Source: Vicugna vicugna (lineage: Eukaryota). Taken from it: a DNA stretch of 64,000 bases. Location of the stretch: NCBI GenBank assembly GCA_013265495.1, contig MU057560.1, forward strand, positions 62,001 to 126,000. The letters are read 5' to 3'. Position numbers and translations under genes: made by a program. Shown here one piece after another: positions 61,390 through 64,000 of the stretch (position 1 is the stretch's first letter; every line of letters begins with the position of its first letter). Under the pieces are notes generated by a model that ran no database searches, was not told the DNA's origin, and saw only the letters and a program-made list of their open reading frames with translations.

Positions 61390-64000
61390 AAACCAACATA
61401 AGAAGGCTGAAATGTAGACAAAAAAAAAAAGATAGGTATCAGCTAGGGACCTCAGGATCCAAGAAACACACTGTTGTGAGTTCCCTGCTGCTGTTTTGTA
61501 TCATGTGTTCTATACTTGGGAGCTAAAGAAACAAGCAACCTGGAACACCAGTGAGCACAGATGAGAAAGAAGCCCCAAGAGAACTCTGCTTTCTCTCGAA
61601 AGGGAGAGGAAAGGGCGTGCTAGCGAAGCAGAACACTTTGAGACAATAACTGTTCTAATGCAGGAAAACACCAGAAAGACACATTGGCCACACCTTTACA
61701 AAGCCCAGAAGGGCTACGTGGCGAGCTCAGACTCCCTTCCTCGCCAGGCTGTAACCAGGAGTCCCAGCAGCTGCCCTCAGAACTGTGCTACAGAAGGTCA
61801 GGTAGGGAGCTGGCCCTCTACGCACCCAACAGTAACTGGGTCCTCCCCCGCCACTGCACTGTGAGCAGAGGCTTCTATCTCCTCTGCAATGATGTACCTT
61901 CTCCCTTTTGGGGTGGTGTCATAGGAAGCCTGGCAGAGGATAAACAGTGGTAACAAGGTCAGATCGCTCCATTCATGGCACACAGGCCATGTGGGAAGCA
62001 GTGATGAATCACTCCCACCCCTCCTGGCCAAAGGAGTATCAACAAAAGCATGGTGAGGGGGTGGGACTCCCACCACCGCCCAGCAGTAATGAGGAGCCCG
62101 TCACCCCTTGAGTGCTGATGGAGGCGGAGTGAAATCTAGACTTCTATCCCTGAGTGACAGAAATAAGGCATCAACCTTCCCCTCCCCCCTACACCAGTGT
62201 GGTCTCCAAGTAAACCAGCTAAAACAGAAATCTTAAATAAGATCCAGATTTTCATTACTTAATACTGAAACTGCCTGGGTTTCTACTGGAAGTGTGTCAC
62301 CATACCAGAACCTGAAAAAACATCAAATTAAAGGAAATGAGACAATGAATAGATGCCAACATTAAGATGACAGAGAAGTTGACAGAGAAATTAGGATCAT
62401 TTGACAACAATTTTAAAGCAGCCATGATAAAAAGGTTTCAATGAATAATTATGAAAATGCTTGAAACAAAGGAAAAAAAATCTCAAGAAGGAAATGAAGA
62501 AGAAACAAATAGAAATTTTAGAAGTGAAAAATGCAATAACTTAAAAAAAAAACTCAATGAATGGCTCAACAGCAGAATAGACAGGAAAGAACTCCAATGG
62601 ACTTGAAAACGGAGCAACAGAAATCTGATCAACAAGAAAAAATAGACTGGAAAAATTTTAAGGACACTTAACAAACAAAATAACATTTGTATTTTCAATG
62701 ATTAGGAAGAAAAGGAGAAAGAGGGCTGAAGAGGCAATCAAGGGAATAATGACTGTAAAGTCTTCAAATTTAACAAAAACCATAAACTTACAGATTCAAG
62801 AAGTTGAGTGAATCCCAAAAAGAAATTTATAACACAACATGTCATTATCAAATTTCTGAAAATAAAGATAAAGAAAAAATCTTGAACAGAATGAGAAAGA
62901 AATGACACCTTAACTTTAGGGAAAAATCAATTTGAATGATAGCAGATTTCTTTTCAGAAACCATGGAGGCCAGAAGGAAAAGACATAATATTTTTTAAGA
63001 ACGGAAATAAAAAGAATTTTACCCAGAACTCTATATCCAGCAAAAATATTATTCAGTAAAATAGGGAAAATCTAAACAGAAACTTTTCTAAACAGAAACA
63101 ACAGAAAAATGAAAGAATATTTGAAAACCAGGAAGGAAGAAACACAACAGATGAGTAAAAATGTGACTAAATATATTTTTCCTCTGCTTTAGTTATCTGA
63201 ATTATATTTCATGATTGAGACAAAAATTATAACACTGACATGGCTTTAAATATATGTAGAAGAAATATTTAAGGCAACTATATTACAATTGTCATGTGGG
63301 AGAACAAAGAAATATAAAGGAAAATGAGTTTTTAATACTTCATGTGAACAAGTAAAATGTCAAAATTAATAGACAGCTATACATACTTACATAGTGTAAA
63401 ACCCAGAAAACTACCAAAATAGCCATACTGACAAATCCACTTCTAAATACAATAAATAAATCAAAATAAAATTCTAAAAAATGTTCAAGTCATTCAGGGG
63501 AAGACAGAGGAAAAAAAAAATAAACACAGAGAAATGAAAAGCAGAAAGAACAAACAGAAAACCAAAAAGTGAAATGATAGACCCAAGTCCTAACATATCA
63601 ACAACTACATCGCGTGTAAAGGGTCTAAATACACAAATTCAAACACTGAAATAAGCAAGGTGGATTAAAAACATGAGCCAACTGTGTATCACCTATGAGA
63701 AACTCACATCACATATGACAATATAGGTAGGTTGAGAGTAAAAGGATGAGAAAAATATGTCATGCAAACATTAATCAAAAGAAAAACAAGACATATTAAC
63801 AGATAAAATACGCTTGTGAGCAAAGAAAATGACCAGAGACTGAGAGAGACTTAACTTAATGATAATAGTGTCAATTCGTGAAGAAGACACAGCAATCCTA
63901 AATGTGCACGCATCAAACAACATAGCTGCAAATTATACAGAGCAAAATCTTATTACTGAAGGAAGAAAAAGACCACTCACAATTGCAGTTGGGGAATTTA
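61390..64000 (+). mobile_element. Old L1 (L1MC/MD-like): 5' UTR, degenerate ORF1 and start of ORF2, running off the window
   Basis: ORF1-like segments 'acagattcaagaagttgagtgaatccca', 'gcagatttcttttcagaaaccatggaggccagaagg', 'cagaactctatatccagcaaaaat'. ORF2 start near 63574 reads M.DPSPNISTTT..VKGLNT, matching the EN N-terminus ISIITLNVNGLN. Confidence 0.85.

Overview
Placental-mammal genomic DNA, most likely a camelid (inferred from the L1 3' ends and the apparent absence of ruminant, pig and primate SINEs). I could not recognise any host protein-coding gene, RNA gene or CRISPR array. The window is intergenic or intronic and dominated by repeats: MIR, L2, old L1M, hAT MITEs, MaLR and ERV1 LTRs, and lineage L1 tails. 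The best-supported structures are: (1) a 3.05-kb L1 at 12081-15122 with its 5' UTR, a nearly intact ORF1, its 3' end and an 11-bp TSD, but lacking the ORF2 endonuclease and RT region, nested in a solo ERV1-type LTR; (2) a MER41-like solo LTR at 20151-20756; (3) a 20-bp minisatellite of about 22.5 copies at 34641-35092; (4) a perfect 61-bp tandem duplication at 58967-59088; (5) a 298-bp assembly gap. Candidate regulatory blocks (STAT, ETS/AP-1, CTCF, a promoter-like region at 31.5-33.3 kb) and exon-like segments are hypotheses only. Repeat family names come from recalled consensus sequences, and boundaries of old repeats are approximate.
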